In this document: piece by piece, positions 21,078 to 30,720 of the stretch
Numbering within the stretch: position 1 is the first letter of the stretch
Layout of the letters: the number at the start of each line of letters is the position of its first letter
IMG/VR virus record: IMGVR_UViG_3300050514_000222
DNA length: 64,000 nucleotides
Reading direction: 5' to 3' (one strand)
Source: an uncultured virus (IMG/VR IMGVR_UViG_3300050514_000222)
Taxonomy: Duplodnaviria > Heunggongvirae > Uroviricota > Caudoviricetes
Position numbers and translations under genes: made by a program
The notes under the pieces: generated by a model
What the model saw: the letters and a program-made list of their open reading frames with translations, nothing else
The model's database searches: none
Told to the model about the DNA's origin: nothing

Positions 21078-22785
21078 CGTCCAGCTCGACGAGTCCTACG
21101 TGGACGCGGTCCGGCGGAACAAGGACCTCCAGCGGCAGATGTGCGACCCACGGGAGAACCCCGACGCGGCCGCGTTCTTCGTGTTCAACTTCTGCTTCAC
21201 CCAGGACGAGGAGCAAGGCGGACGGATCGCGCTCCTCCCGGATCCGCGGCGCAGGCCGCACGGGCTCGCCTTCCTCGAGGCGCTGGACCGGCCGCGCACG
21301 GCCGCGGTGCCGAAGAACCTGCACGACGAGAAGTCCCGCCGGATGTGGCACACCTGGATCGCCTGCTTCTACAACCTCTGGGCGCTCCAGTGGGTGAAGG
21401 GTTACACCGCGCTCCTCATCTCCGCGAGCGAGGACCACGTCGACGACAGCGGCCGTAGCGAGAAGACCAAGACCTTCTCCATGTTCTCGCGGATCCGCTT
21501 CGCCTACGAGCGGCTTCCCGACCACGTGCGCCGCGGCGTGAACTTCGCGTTCATGAGCGGCGTCTGTCCGGAGAACGACGCCTGGGTCATGGGACGCGCG
21601 CCGACGAAGACCGCCGGACGAGGCGGCGGGTTCGGCCGCGCGTTCGTGGACGAGTGCGCGCACATCGAGTGGATGCGCGCGATCCACACCGCGTTGGACC
21701 CCGCCTGCAAGCACGGCAAGGTCTACATGTCCACCGTAAACGGTCCGGACAACGTGTATGCGGAGATCAAGAAGGAGCGTCGGGATGGATGGGACTTCTT
21801 CGAGGCGGACTGGAAGGAGGATCCGGACAAGACGGTCGGGATACGCGAGACGGAGCCGGGACCGGAACGCGAGCGGTACGGCAGTCACGTCTCGCCATGG
21901 TTGATACGGGCCACCGCGTCGCTCAACTCCGAGGACATCGCCCAGGAGTACGGCCGGAACTACGAGAAGTCGACCAAGGGCATGATCCTGCGCGAGTACA
22001 GCCGGTCGCTCCACGTCCGTGCGATCGGTGACCCGCGCGGTCCGCTCACCTACGACCCGACGCTCCCGCTGCACGTCGCGTTGGACCTGGGCCACGCCCG
22101 GAAGATGGTGGCGCTCATCTCGCAACCGATCGGGATGCGTAAGCTCCGGTTCATCGGCGAGTACTTCGGAGAGTTCCGCAACTCACCGGACAACGCCAAG
22201 GCTCTGAAGGAGAAGATCCTCAGTCTCGGCTACCGCGGCCAGCTCGGTGACGTCGTGTTCACGCCGGATCCGAGCGCGATGAACGACGAGGTGGGATCCG
22301 GCCTGGCGCAGGCGTCATGGTACCGGGCTGTCGGGTTCGAGAACATCGCGTTGCCGCGGATCATCGGACCGGACTCCGTGCGGCTCGGGAACGACGTCGT
22401 ACGAGCCCTGTTCGCGCGCAACATGATCGAGATCGACGAGGCGGCCTGCCCGCAGCTGATCGACGCGATCCCGTCCTACCGGTTGCCGATCGACCGCGCC
22501 AGCGGCGAGATCACGTCGAACAAGCCCATCCACAACATGGCCTCCCATCCGGGCGACACGCTCCGCTACGCCGTCACCGTTATCTGGACCGCGGACGACC
22601 TGCCCTACGACGGGTTCATCGGCGAGGAGAGTTCGCTCGAGAGCGCGCCGGTGCGCGCGTACGCGTCGCCGGAGAACCGGGAACCGGAGTTCACGGACGG
22701 CAAGGTGCGCTCCGGGCAGCCGACGCACGAGGACGACGACCTGGACGTGTTCGCATCCATCGCATCCGACAAGAGGGTCTTCTAA
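21064..22785 (+). CDS. terL: Terminase large subunit
   Basis: EKSRRM (Walker A region), AFVDE (Walker B), MSTVNG (coupling motif), ALDLG and HPGDTLRY (nuclease). Confidence 0.9.
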   Translation: MLPADVQLDESYVDAVRRNKDLQRQMCDPRENPDAAAFFVFNFCFTQDEEQGGRIALLPDPRRRPHGLAFLEALDRPRTAAVPKNLHDEKSRRMWHTWIACFYNLWALQWVKGYTALLISASEDHVDDSGRSEKTKTFSMFSRIRFAYERLPDHVRRGVNFAFMSGVCPENDAWVMGRAPTKTAGRGGGFGRAFVDECAHIEWMRAIHTALDPACKHGKVYMSTVNGPDNVYAEIKKERRDGWDFFEADWKEDPDKTVGIRETEPGPERERYGSHVSPWLIRATASLNSEDIAQEYGRNYEKSTKGMILREYSRSLHVRAIGDPRGPLTYDPTLPLHVALDLGHARKMVALISQPIGMRKLRFIGEYFGEFRNSPDNAKALKEKILSLGYRGQLGDVVFTPDPSAMNDEVGSGLAQASWYRAVGFENIALPRIIGPDSVRLGNDVVRALFARNMIEIDEAACPQLIDAIPSYRLPIDRASGEITSNKPIHNMASHPGDTLRYAVTVIWTADDLPYDGFIGEESSLESAPVRAYASPENREPEFTDGKVRSGQPTHEDDDLDVFASIASDKRVF

Positions 22786-25680
22786 ATGGTGCTCGAGGCG
22801 GTTCCGCCCGATCTCGACCTGCTCGAAACACCGGAAGGCGGCAGCGGCGTCACCCTGCTCGGTGGCACGCTCTGGCGGATCGAGGACTACAACCAGGACC
22901 TCAACGGCCAGAACGGCACGCGGATCTTCGAGAAGATGCGCCGCGGGGATCCGGACATCTCCTCCGGTCTGTCCCGGCTCATATGGCCGCTCCTCTCCGC
23001 GGACTGGCACTTCGAGCCGGCGTCCGACTCGGCCGTCGACAAGGAGGCGGCCGACTACTGCGACAAGTGGATCTTCGGAGTGGGGCGCACCGATCCGTTC
23101 GCGATGAACAAGCAGGACTTCCTCCGGCACGCGCTCCTCATGGTGTCGGACGGCGTCTCCGCGTTCGAGATGGTGTGGGGCCGCGACCACGACGGGCACG
23201 ACGTCATCGGGCGGTTCATCCCCATCCTCCCGAAGACGATCTGGAACTTCCAGTTCGAGGACGTGCCGGGCGGCGGTCTCCAGTTCCTCCAGCAGCGCGC
23301 GTGGATCCTGGGTCACGGTTACGAGATCGCGAACATCCGGGCGGAGAAGCTCGTGCTGTTCGTGTTCGGCCGGGAGGGCGACAACCTGTTCGGCTGGCCG
23401 ATCCTCCGCGCCGCGTACAAGCCGTGGTTCCACAAGGAGACGATGGAGATCATCGACGGCATCCGCATCGAGCGGAACGGCGTCGGATTCATGGTCATCA
23501 CGGTGCCGGCGAGCTCGAAGAAGAACGTGCGGGACGCCGCGAAGAAGGTAATGACGGAGATGCGCGCCAACCAGCGTAGCGGCGCGATCGTCGAGGAGGG
23601 TACGAAGGTCGAGATCCTCTACCCGAGCGGCGGGGATCCGAAGATCGTCGAGTCGCTAGACTTCCGCCGGTCGCAGATCCTCCAGGTGCTGATCTCCGAG
23701 TTCGTCGAGCACGGCGCCCACTCGGCCGGCTCCCGTGCGTTGGTGTCGTCGAAGATAGAGTTCCTGCTCATGTGCCTCCAGGGGCTCGGCACGTCGGTGT
23801 GCGAGGTGGTGAACCGTCAGATCGTGCCGCAGCTCATCGGGCGACGGTGGGGATGGTCCTTCCAGCGGCCGACGCTCGTGGTGGACGACATCTCGAAGAA
23901 GTCGGGCAAGGACATCGCCGACTGGATGGCGCCGCTCGCCACGCCCGGCATCAACCTGCTGAACTGGACGCCGGAGACCGAGCAGTACATCCGGCGCACC
24001 GGCCAGTTGCCGCTGATCCCGGATGACGACATGAAGGTCCTCGAGGAGATCCATCAGGCGGAGCTCCAACAGAGGCTGAAGACCGCGTTGAACCCTCCGG
24101 CCCCTCCTCCGGCGCCCGCGGTTCCGACGCCCGTACCTGGTGCCGACGTCAAGCCGGTGGCCGCCAAGCCGGCGCAACCGAAAGTGCCGGGGATCCCCGC
24201 GGGCGCCGAACGGCCGCTAGAGGGTCAGCTCGTCACCGGCTTGTGGCGGCAGCCGTTGCCGCACGAGCAGTTCTCCGACCTGCCGGGCATGAAGAACTTC
24301 CTGGTCTCCGAGCCGAAGCGCGTCTGGAAGAACGTGGTGGGGCCGATCCGCGCGACGATGGCGCGGCAGGTCGCCACGAAGATCTCCAGGATGAACGTCT
24401 CCGAGCTGCGGAAGGGTCGCGTGCCCACCTGGCCGCAGCGCGGCAAGCTGGCCAGCAAGCTCGAGGCGACGTTCATCGGCGCCTACCAGCGCGGCCGCCG
24501 GGAGGTGGTCGCCGAACGGAACCGGTTCCTGGCCTCGAAGGGGAAGTCGCAGCCGGCGATCGCCGCGTACCCGAACGCCGGAGACGGTGAGACCGACACG
24601 CAGCCGTCGGCCGCGCAGCTCGCCTGGGTCAAGACCTGGGTCGCGTCCTTCGTGTCGGGCATGGTCGACAGCATGAACAAGCGCGGGATGGACGCCGCGA
24701 TGATCGCGCGGGACGCCGGCGTACCGACGGACGAGGAGCAGATGCGGGTCGAGTCGGCGATGAACGACCTGTCGGAGAACATCATGACGGCCGAGCTCGC
24801 CGGTGACCTGAACCACGCGTTCGTGAACGGCCGGAACGACCAGGCGATGTCGATGAAGGACCAGATCGAGACCGCCTACTACACCGCCGCGATGGACGAA
24901 GGCACCGAGGAGTGCGAGGACCAGGGCGGCACGTGCGCGCTCCTGGACGGGGACGAGCACGAGATCGGCGATCCCGACTACGCCACGCCGAATCCCGACT
25001 GCGCGTGGCCGGCCAACTGCCGGTGCGTCGACACCTACGCCTGGGTGGACAACACGGGCGGCGGTTCGCTCGGCAGTGAGGACCAGCTCGCGGCCGCGCG
25101 GCAGGCGGCCAACCCGAACCACGTGCCGGCGGGTTCCCCGGAGGGTGGACAGTTCACCACCGGAGACGGTCCGATCAGCGCGGACCAGCAGTACTGGGAG
25201 TCGCACCTGTCGCCGCGACAGCAGGAGCGGTTCGAGAAGTGGTCGCGGAACGACCTGGACTCCGACGGCATCGACGCGCTCGAGCGCGACATGACCTACG
25301 CGCCGGGCTACGAGGGGACGGTGTACCGCGGGCTCACGTTGCCGGACGAGAAGGAGTGGAAGGGCGCGAGTCTCACGCCCGGGTCCGTCGTCACGTTCGA
25401 CCGACCGGTCTCCGCCAGCAAGGAGCGCGGCGTGGCGGAGTCCTTCGCGAGCGGCTCGTTGGGCGACAACCCGGTGGGCGTCGTGATGTCGTTCAACACG
25501 AAGGCCGGCGCGGTCGACATCGAGCGGCTCGTCTCCCCGGCGTACGAGCAGGAGCGTGAGGTAGTAATCCGCGCCGGCTCGAAGTTCAAGGTCGTGAACG
25601 TGGAGGACAAGGAGCTGAACAAGTACAAGGGCGCCCCGGTCCGTTACAGGTACGTCGACCTCCAGGAGGTCGCGTCATGA
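22786..25680 (+). CDS. Portal (DUF935/Mu gp29-like), MuF and R-S-E ADP-ribosyltransferase fusion
   Basis: Portal motifs GVSAFEMVW, NLFGWPILRAAYKPW, IERNGVG; Pro-rich linker; MuF YTAAMD...C..LDG...NCRC; ART VYRG, SAS, EREV. Confidence 0.85.
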   Translation: MVLEAVPPDLDLLETPEGGSGVTLLGGTLWRIEDYNQDLNGQNGTRIFEKMRRGDPDISSGLSRLIWPLLSADWHFEPASDSAVDKEAADYCDKWIFGVGRTDPFAMNKQDFLRHALLMVSDGVSAFEMVWGRDHDGHDVIGRFIPILPKTIWNFQFEDVPGGGLQFLQQRAWILGHGYEIANIRAEKLVLFVFGREGDNLFGWPILRAAYKPWFHKETMEIIDGIRIERNGVGFMVITVPASSKKNVRDAAKKVMTEMRANQRSGAIVEEGTKVEILYPSGGDPKIVESLDFRRSQILQVLISEFVEHGAHSAGSRALVSSKIEFLLMCLQGLGTSVCEVVNRQIVPQLIGRRWGWSFQRPTLVVDDISKKSGKDIADWMAPLATPGINLLNWTPETEQYIRRTGQLPLIPDDDMKVLEEIHQAELQQRLKTALNPPAPPPAPAVPTPVPGADVKPVAAKPAQPKVPGIPAGAERPLEGQLVTGLWRQPLPHEQFSDLPGMKNFLVSEPKRVWKNVVGPIRATMARQVATKISRMNVSELRKGRVPTWPQRGKLASKLEATFIGAYQRGRREVVAERNRFLASKGKSQPAIAAYPNAGDGETDTQPSAAQLAWVKTWVASFVSGMVDSMNKRGMDAAMIARDAGVPTDEEQMRVESAMNDLSENIMTAELAGDLNHAFVNGRNDQAMSMKDQIETAYYTAAMDEGTEECEDQGGTCALLDGDEHEIGDPDYATPNPDCAWPANCRCVDTYAWVDNTGGGSLGSEDQLAAARQAANPNHVPAGSPEGGQFTTGDGPISADQQYWESHLSPRQQERFEKWSRNDLDSDGIDALERDMTYAPGYEGTVYRGLTLPDEKEWKGASLTPGSVVTFDRPVSASKERGVAESFASGSLGDNPVGVVMSFNTKAGAVDIERLVSPAYEQEREVVIRAGSKFKVVNVEDKELNKYKGAPVRYRYVDLQEVAS

Positions 25681-26594
25681 AGAAGGTGCGTGTGGAACGG
25701 TTCGGGTCGAGCCTGAAGGACTTCCTGTCCATGGTGACGGTCGCGCCGGCCGCGAAGAAGACGCAACGCGTGCGGGAGGGATACAACCCCTACCACGTCC
25801 CGGCCGGATCACCGGGAGGCGGCCAGTTCACGAGCGGAGACGGAGGTGGCGCCGGTTCGGAGGGCGTGAAGACCGACGCGGCGGCCCGGGACCGGTACGT
25901 CAAGGAGGTCTCAAAGTACGTCGACGACCCGCACGTGGTGCAGCAACTCGCGGACGCGCAGGCGAAGGCCGACGCGATCCCGCGCACCGATACGATCAAC
26001 ACGCCGGAACGGCTCGCGCTCCGTGAGGACGTGGCGCAGAACACGTACGGCAACGGAGCGCGGAACAAGGACTCGGAGGCGTGGTTCGTGACCGGCCTGC
26101 CGGCGTCCGGGAAGAACGCGGCGATCTCCAACCCGCTCATGGAGAAGAACGGCGCGATGCTGATCGACAGTGACGAGATCAAGTCGCAGCTGCCGGAGTA
26201 CGCCGGCGGGATCGGAGCGGCCGCCGTGCACGAGGAGGCGACGATGATCCAGACCGCCGTGCTCGAGCGCGCGGTGAACGCCGGGGACAACATCGTGATG
26301 CCCCGGGTCGGCAAGTCGTACGCGGGGATGGAGAACGACATCACGATGTTGCAGAAGGCCGGATACAGCGTGCACCTGGTCTACGTGGACGTGCCGGACA
26401 AGATGGCGATCCAGCGCGCGGTGGCGCGCTTCCAGAAGACCGGTCGGCTCGTCTCCGTGGAGTACATCCACTCGGTGAACGGGCACCCGCGCAACACGTT
26501 CAACAAGCTGCGGGCCGCCGGGATCGGCGACTCGTTCTCGGCGTACGACAACTCCGGTCCGAAGGGATCGACGCCCAAGAGGATCCTACTGTGA
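25677..26594 (+). CDS. Zeta-toxin-like P-loop kinase with N-terminal HVPAGSPxGGQFT tag
   Basis: GLPASGKN, IDSDEIK, HEEA, GYSVHLVYV, RAVARFxxTGRxV, YDNS. Confidence 0.8.
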   Translation: MKKVRVERFGSSLKDFLSMVTVAPAAKKTQRVREGYNPYHVPAGSPGGGQFTSGDGGGAGSEGVKTDAAARDRYVKEVSKYVDDPHVVQQLADAQAKADAIPRTDTINTPERLALREDVAQNTYGNGARNKDSEAWFVTGLPASGKNAAISNPLMEKNGAMLIDSDEIKSQLPEYAGGIGAAAVHEEATMIQTAVLERAVNAGDNIVMPRVGKSYAGMENDITMLQKAGYSVHLVYVDVPDKMAIQRAVARFQKTGRLVSVEYIHSVNGHPRNTFNKLRAAGIGDSFSAYDNSGPKGSTPKRILL

Positions 26595-26776
26595 CTCCGG
26601 CCATCCCGATCACACCGAAGCAGCGGATGAACCAGACGTTGAAGGAGCTTTCGGACGCGGCCGCCAAGCGTGCGCCTCGCGTGCTCACGCCGGACCAGGA
26701 GGAGCAGACGAACGACGCGAGCATCACCGACGGGATCCGGCGGGCGCTGGATCCACCCAAACGGGAGGACCAATGA
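26591..26776 (+). CDS. Small protein coupled to the zeta-like gene (possible immunity)
   Basis: GTGA/ATGA overlaps on both sides. Confidence 0.4.
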   Translation: MTPAIPITPKQRMNQTLKELSDAAAKRAPRVLTPDQEEQTNDASITDGIRRALDPPKREDQ

Positions 26777-27231
26777 GGACGCGCAGAGCGGTGGCGAAGG
26801 CGGTGTTGGTGGTGTTGGGGCTCACGCTGCTGGCCGGCGTCGCGGCCGGGGACCGGACCTTCCGCACGTTGGCGACGCTGCGCACGAAGGTGCGCGCCTA
26901 CGTGGGCGCCACCCCGCAGCAGTACGACACGCTCGCCTGCAACCCGGGCGAACGGATCGAGCTCTCCAGCTTCACGTTCTTCGGCGACGACTCGGCGATG
27001 ACGCCGACCCTGAACGTGTCGTTCCAGACGCTCAACTCCAAGACCACGGTCCTGAAGATCACGCCGCAGGCGTTCACGGCGAACCAGCACCTCGAGTTCG
27101 CCTTGCCGCTCACGCCGGTCGTGTTCCCGAAGGACTCGACGATCCTGATCTACTACAACATCACGAGCGCCGCGCCCGGGACGTTGGACACGCTCGGGAT
27201 GATCACGACGTACCGCGTCCAACCTTACTGA
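26773..27231 (+). CDS. Signal-peptide-bearing beta-rich protein
   Basis: Basic n-region, hydrophobic h-region, VAA cleavage-like site. Confidence 0.6.
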   Translation: MRTRRAVAKAVLVVLGLTLLAGVAAGDRTFRTLATLRTKVRAYVGATPQQYDTLACNPGERIELSSFTFFGDDSAMTPTLNVSFQTLNSKTTVLKITPQAFTANQHLEFALPLTPVVFPKDSTILIYYNITSAAPGTLDTLGMITTYRVQPY

Positions 27232-27247
27232 GGGGAGGGATAGACCC

Positions 27248-28657
27248 ATGCCGTTCGCGTCGCTCGACCAGATACCGCCGTACGTGAAGGTGAGGAGCCG
27301 CAAGGAGCAGCACCAGTGGATGGCGATCTGGAACAGCGTGTTCCGGAAGACCGGCTCGGAGAAGCAGGCGTACATGGCGGCCAACGGCGCGGTGAACCTC
27401 TCCCGTGACGAGATCCACGGTGAGCCGCCGATCACCTGTTTCGCCTCGTGCGTGTTCCCGGACTGGGAGGCCGCCGGCAGCTACGAGGTGCAGGTCATGC
27501 GCACCGGGCTCTGGAAGGACCACCCGGAGTACGGTGACATCCTCATCACGAACGGTGACCTCGCGGAGGCGGTCCGGAACTTCCGTTCCTCGTCGCTCAA
27601 GCCGTTCCTCGACTACAACCACGCCATCACCGCGCGCGACGTGAAGCCGGGCGACCAGGAGGCCATCGGGTGGATGGCCAACATGTGGATCGAGAACCTG
27701 GACGGCGAGACGCTCGAACCGGCCCAGGCCGAGGAGGCGAAGGACGGCGTCCTGGTCCTGAAGGCCCAGTACGAGGTGAATGCGGAGGCGAACGAGAAGA
27801 TCCGCGAGAAGAAGTACGCGCTGTTCTCGCCGACCTGGTACCGGATCTACCAGAACGAGGAGACCGGCGAGTACCAGGGCATGACCGTCATCGGCGGCGC
27901 GGCGACGAACGTGCCGTACTTCAACGGGATGCAGGGGTTCATCGCGATCGCCAACTCCCGCGTGGAGGCGCGTGCGATGCAGAACATGCTCCCGCAGGCG
28001 ATGCTGAACGTCACGCCTCCGGAGGACATGGAGTTCCCCGACGCGGTCAAGGCGTTGGTCGGGCTCGGCTACGACATCGTCGAGTACTGCGAGGACGACG
28101 ACGGCGAGGACGTCTACCGGATCCGGTCCACGGAGTCGGAGGACATGGTCTCGCGCGCCGCGGCGCTCGAGGCCGCCGGGTTCGACGTCGAGTACTTCTG
28201 CCAGGGCTATCCGGCGCCCGTCGGCATGGCGCGCCGCGGGCGGTACCCGCTCGAGGCGGCCGTGTGGACCACAGCGTACGTGAACAACCTTCCGGACGGA
28301 TCGTTCGCGTACGTGGAGCCGGGCGAGAAGGACGGCGAAGGCAAGACCACGCCGCGGTCCAAGCGGCACCTGCCGTACAAGGACGCCGACGGCAAGGTCG
28401 ACGCGCCGCACGTGCGGGACGCGCTCTCCAGGGTGGACCAGACGGACATACCGGCCGCGGCGAAGGCTGTCGCGAAGGAGAAGCTGGAGTCGGCGGCGAA
28501 GGGGTTGGGCATCGGTACCGAGAAGGAGAAGGGGAAGTCGATGGAGAAGGGGCGGGAGAAGGAGCAGGGCGACGAGAAACCGGGCACGTTCCTACTCGAA
28601 CGCGCGACGACGTCGGAGCTCCCGATGCTCGAGCGCGTTCCGGTGAAGATGGACTGA
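27248..28657 (+). CDS. Prohead protease (Mu gpI-like) with N-terminal ChaB-like and C-terminal DUF6582-like domains
   Basis: LDYNH, AIGW, KYALFSP, ATNVPYF; MPFASLDQIPPYV...AYMAANGAV; NNLPDGSFAY...RHLPY...HVRDALSR. Confidence 0.8.
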   Translation: MPFASLDQIPPYVKVRSRKEQHQWMAIWNSVFRKTGSEKQAYMAANGAVNLSRDEIHGEPPITCFASCVFPDWEAAGSYEVQVMRTGLWKDHPEYGDILITNGDLAEAVRNFRSSSLKPFLDYNHAITARDVKPGDQEAIGWMANMWIENLDGETLEPAQAEEAKDGVLVLKAQYEVNAEANEKIREKKYALFSPTWYRIYQNEETGEYQGMTVIGGAATNVPYFNGMQGFIAIANSRVEARAMQNMLPQAMLNVTPPEDMEFPDAVKALVGLGYDIVEYCEDDDGEDVYRIRSTESEDMVSRAAALEAAGFDVEYFCQGYPAPVGMARRGRYPLEAAVWTTAYVNNLPDGSFAYVEPGEKDGEGKTTPRSKRHLPYKDADGKVDAPHVRDALSRVDQTDIPAAAKAVAKEKLESAAKGLGIGTEKEKGKSMEKGREKEQGDEKPGTFLLERATTSELPMLERVPVKMD

Positions 28658-28675
28658 CCGAAAAAGGAGCCAAGG

Positions 28676-29236
28676 GTGGACAACCTGCGTATCGAGGCCG
28701 AGCGTATCGGCCTCCCCGCGACCGCCACCACGGCCCAGATGCTCGAGCGCATCTACGAACTTCCCCGTCTCCTCGAGAAGTCGGAAGCGGAGCGGAAGAA
28801 GTGGCAGGCGCGCGCCGAGGATCTCCAGGCGCAGTCGGTGGAGGACAAGAAGGCGGTCAAGCAGCGCGACGAGCTGGAGTGCGATCTCCTGCTCGAGAAG
28901 GCGCGCGCGTACGACAAGATCGACGAGAGCGACATGCAGTTCTACCGCGACCTCTACAAGCTCTCGCGCGAGAAGTGCATCGAGCGGCTCGACTCGCTCC
29001 GGGAGCGTAGTTGGCTCCGGAACCAGGAGTCGCTGAAGAACGCCGGGACGGATCCGCCGTCGGACGTCATGTCCGAGTTCGCGATCAAGGTCCAGGAGCA
29101 GATGAAGCTGAACAAGGGCATCTCCGAGGCCGAGGCCGGCCGTCGCGTCTTCAAGGCGAACAAGGGGATGTTCCAGCGCGTGCAGGAGGCGCGCCGCATC
29201 AAGGCCGGAACCAACGGCGACGGAGGTGACAAGTAA
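28676..29236 (+). CDS. Putative scaffolding protein
   Basis: Charged coiled coil (IGLPATAT) between protease and capsid genes. Confidence 0.6.
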   Translation: MDNLRIEAERIGLPATATTAQMLERIYELPRLLEKSEAERKKWQARAEDLQAQSVEDKKAVKQRDELECDLLLEKARAYDKIDESDMQFYRDLYKLSREKCIERLDSLRERSWLRNQESLKNAGTDPPSDVMSEFAIKVQEQMKLNKGISEAEAGRRVFKANKGMFQRVQEARRIKAGTNGDGGDK

Positions 29237-29239
29237 CCC

Positions 29240-29650
29240 ATGGCCACCCTCCGGAAGGAATCATGGATCTACGTGGGGACCGTCGCGCTGTTGGGCGGCG
29301 AGCTCCTGAAGTGGTCGTCGAAGGGGAAGGTGGACATCGCGGCCGCCGTCGGGGACATCCCGGTCGGAGTCGCGGCGGAGGCGTGCGCTGCCGGCAACGT
29401 CACGGGCCAGAACATCGGCGTGTGGGTGCCGTACCAGTTCGCGACCGTCCAGGTCCAGGCTTCCGCGGCCATCACGGCCGGAAACTTCATCACGGCGGCC
29501 GCCGGCGGTCAGGCGGCCGGCATCGCGGCACCGAAGGCCACCTACGTCACGTCGTTCCAGTTCATCTGGGGCTACGCGAACGAGGCGGCCGCGGCGCAGA
29601 ACGACGTCATCGAGATGGTGTGGCTGCTGTCCGTCGCGTCCATCTCCTAA
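29240..29650 (+). CDS. Capsid cement/decoration protein (DUF2190-like)
   Basis: Ala/Gly-rich PVGVA...AAITAG...GQA...GYANEAA..NDVIE; precedes MCP. Confidence 0.65.
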   Translation: MATLRKESWIYVGTVALLGGELLKWSSKGKVDIAAAVGDIPVGVAAEACAAGNVTGQNIGVWVPYQFATVQVQASAAITAGNFITAAAGGQAAGIAAPKATYVTSFQFIWGYANEAAAAQNDVIEMVWLLSVASIS

Positions 29651-29670
29651 CAATGGGAAGGGGGTAGAAG

Positions 29671-30645
29671 ATGCTCGGTGGACCTACCGTCCTGCCCATT
29701 CAGCCGTTCACGCCGTATGGGTTGGACTTCGCTCAGGAGGCCACGGATTTCGTGGCCGACGATTCGATGCCGTGGAAGCAGACGCAGAAGACGACCGGCT
29801 GGTACTACGTGCCGGACGCCAGGAACTTCCTCCGCGCCGAGGACCTGGCGTGGAGCCGCGAGACGGGCGCGACCCGCGTCCTGAGCCAGTACGGCAAGGA
29901 CACTTTCATCGCGCAGCCGTACGGAGCCGAGGAGCCGGTGTCGGACATCGACGCCCAGGACTGGATGGACGGTCCGGACGACCTCGCGTCTCAGACGATG
30001 CGCGCGCTGCTCCAGCGGGTGCTGCTCGCCCGCGAGGTGCGCGTGTTCACGGCCGTGGACGGATCGGGTGCCGGCACCACGTCGGTGTCGGGAGCGGGCC
30101 AGTGGGACTCGACCGCGGCGAACCCGCGGCTCGACATCCTGAAGGCCAAGGCCGCGATCCACAAGCGGGTCGGCAAGGAAGGCAACAACGTCATGATCTC
30201 GGGACTGGTGTACGAGGTGCTGACGGGATCCCAGGCGGCCGGTACCGCGGGCGCCGCCGTCCTCGACGCGATCAAGTACACGCGCGAAGCGGGCGGAAAC
30301 GTCTTCACGGAGGACCTCATGACGGGCTACTTCAACGTCATGAAGGTGCGCTTCGCGAAGGCGGTGCAGCAGGACACGACGAAGCACACGCAGCGTGCGG
30401 TCAGCCCGGGTCTCCCGGAGGCCGGCGTGTACGTGTGGTCGGCGAAGAAGGTGTACGTGATGTACCAGGGCAATCCGGGTGGCAAGGAGCCGAACTTCGG
30501 CACCACGTTCGGTCCGGACCTCTCCACCCCGGACGACTACCGGGAGAACAAGACGAAGTCGACGGTCTACCGCATCACGTCGACGGTCATCGAGAAGGTC
30601 GTATGTCTGCCGGCGCTCAACATCTGCACGACGGTCATCTCGTAG
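29671..30645 (+). CDS. Major capsid protein (HK97 fold)
   Basis: Size, position, and FVAD...P, LxxExRV, QWD...NPxxDI, PNFGTTF motifs. Confidence 0.8.
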   Translation: MLGGPTVLPIQPFTPYGLDFAQEATDFVADDSMPWKQTQKTTGWYYVPDARNFLRAEDLAWSRETGATRVLSQYGKDTFIAQPYGAEEPVSDIDAQDWMDGPDDLASQTMRALLQRVLLAREVRVFTAVDGSGAGTTSVSGAGQWDSTAANPRLDILKAKAAIHKRVGKEGNNVMISGLVYEVLTGSQAAGTAGAAVLDAIKYTREAGGNVFTEDLMTGYFNVMKVRFAKAVQQDTTKHTQRAVSPGLPEAGVYVWSAKKVYVMYQGNPGGKEPNFGTTFGPDLSTPDDYRENKTKSTVYRITSTVIEKVVCLPALNICTTVIS

Positions 30646-30720
30646 CGGATTAGGCGACGGAGCTATTGGACCGGGGCGGGGGAGCGATCCCCCGTCCCGA
30701 CTAAACCGAAAGGACCGGAC

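Noticed and set aside
11395..21360. Trp (TGG) at Walker-A positions in both the helicase (GDSAAWKS) and TerL (KSRRMWHTW), suggesting codon reassignment
   Set aside because: Both families tolerate non-Gly there, other P-loops here use normal Gly codons, and TGG encodes conserved Trp elsewhere (Vsr FWH, PKD WxW).
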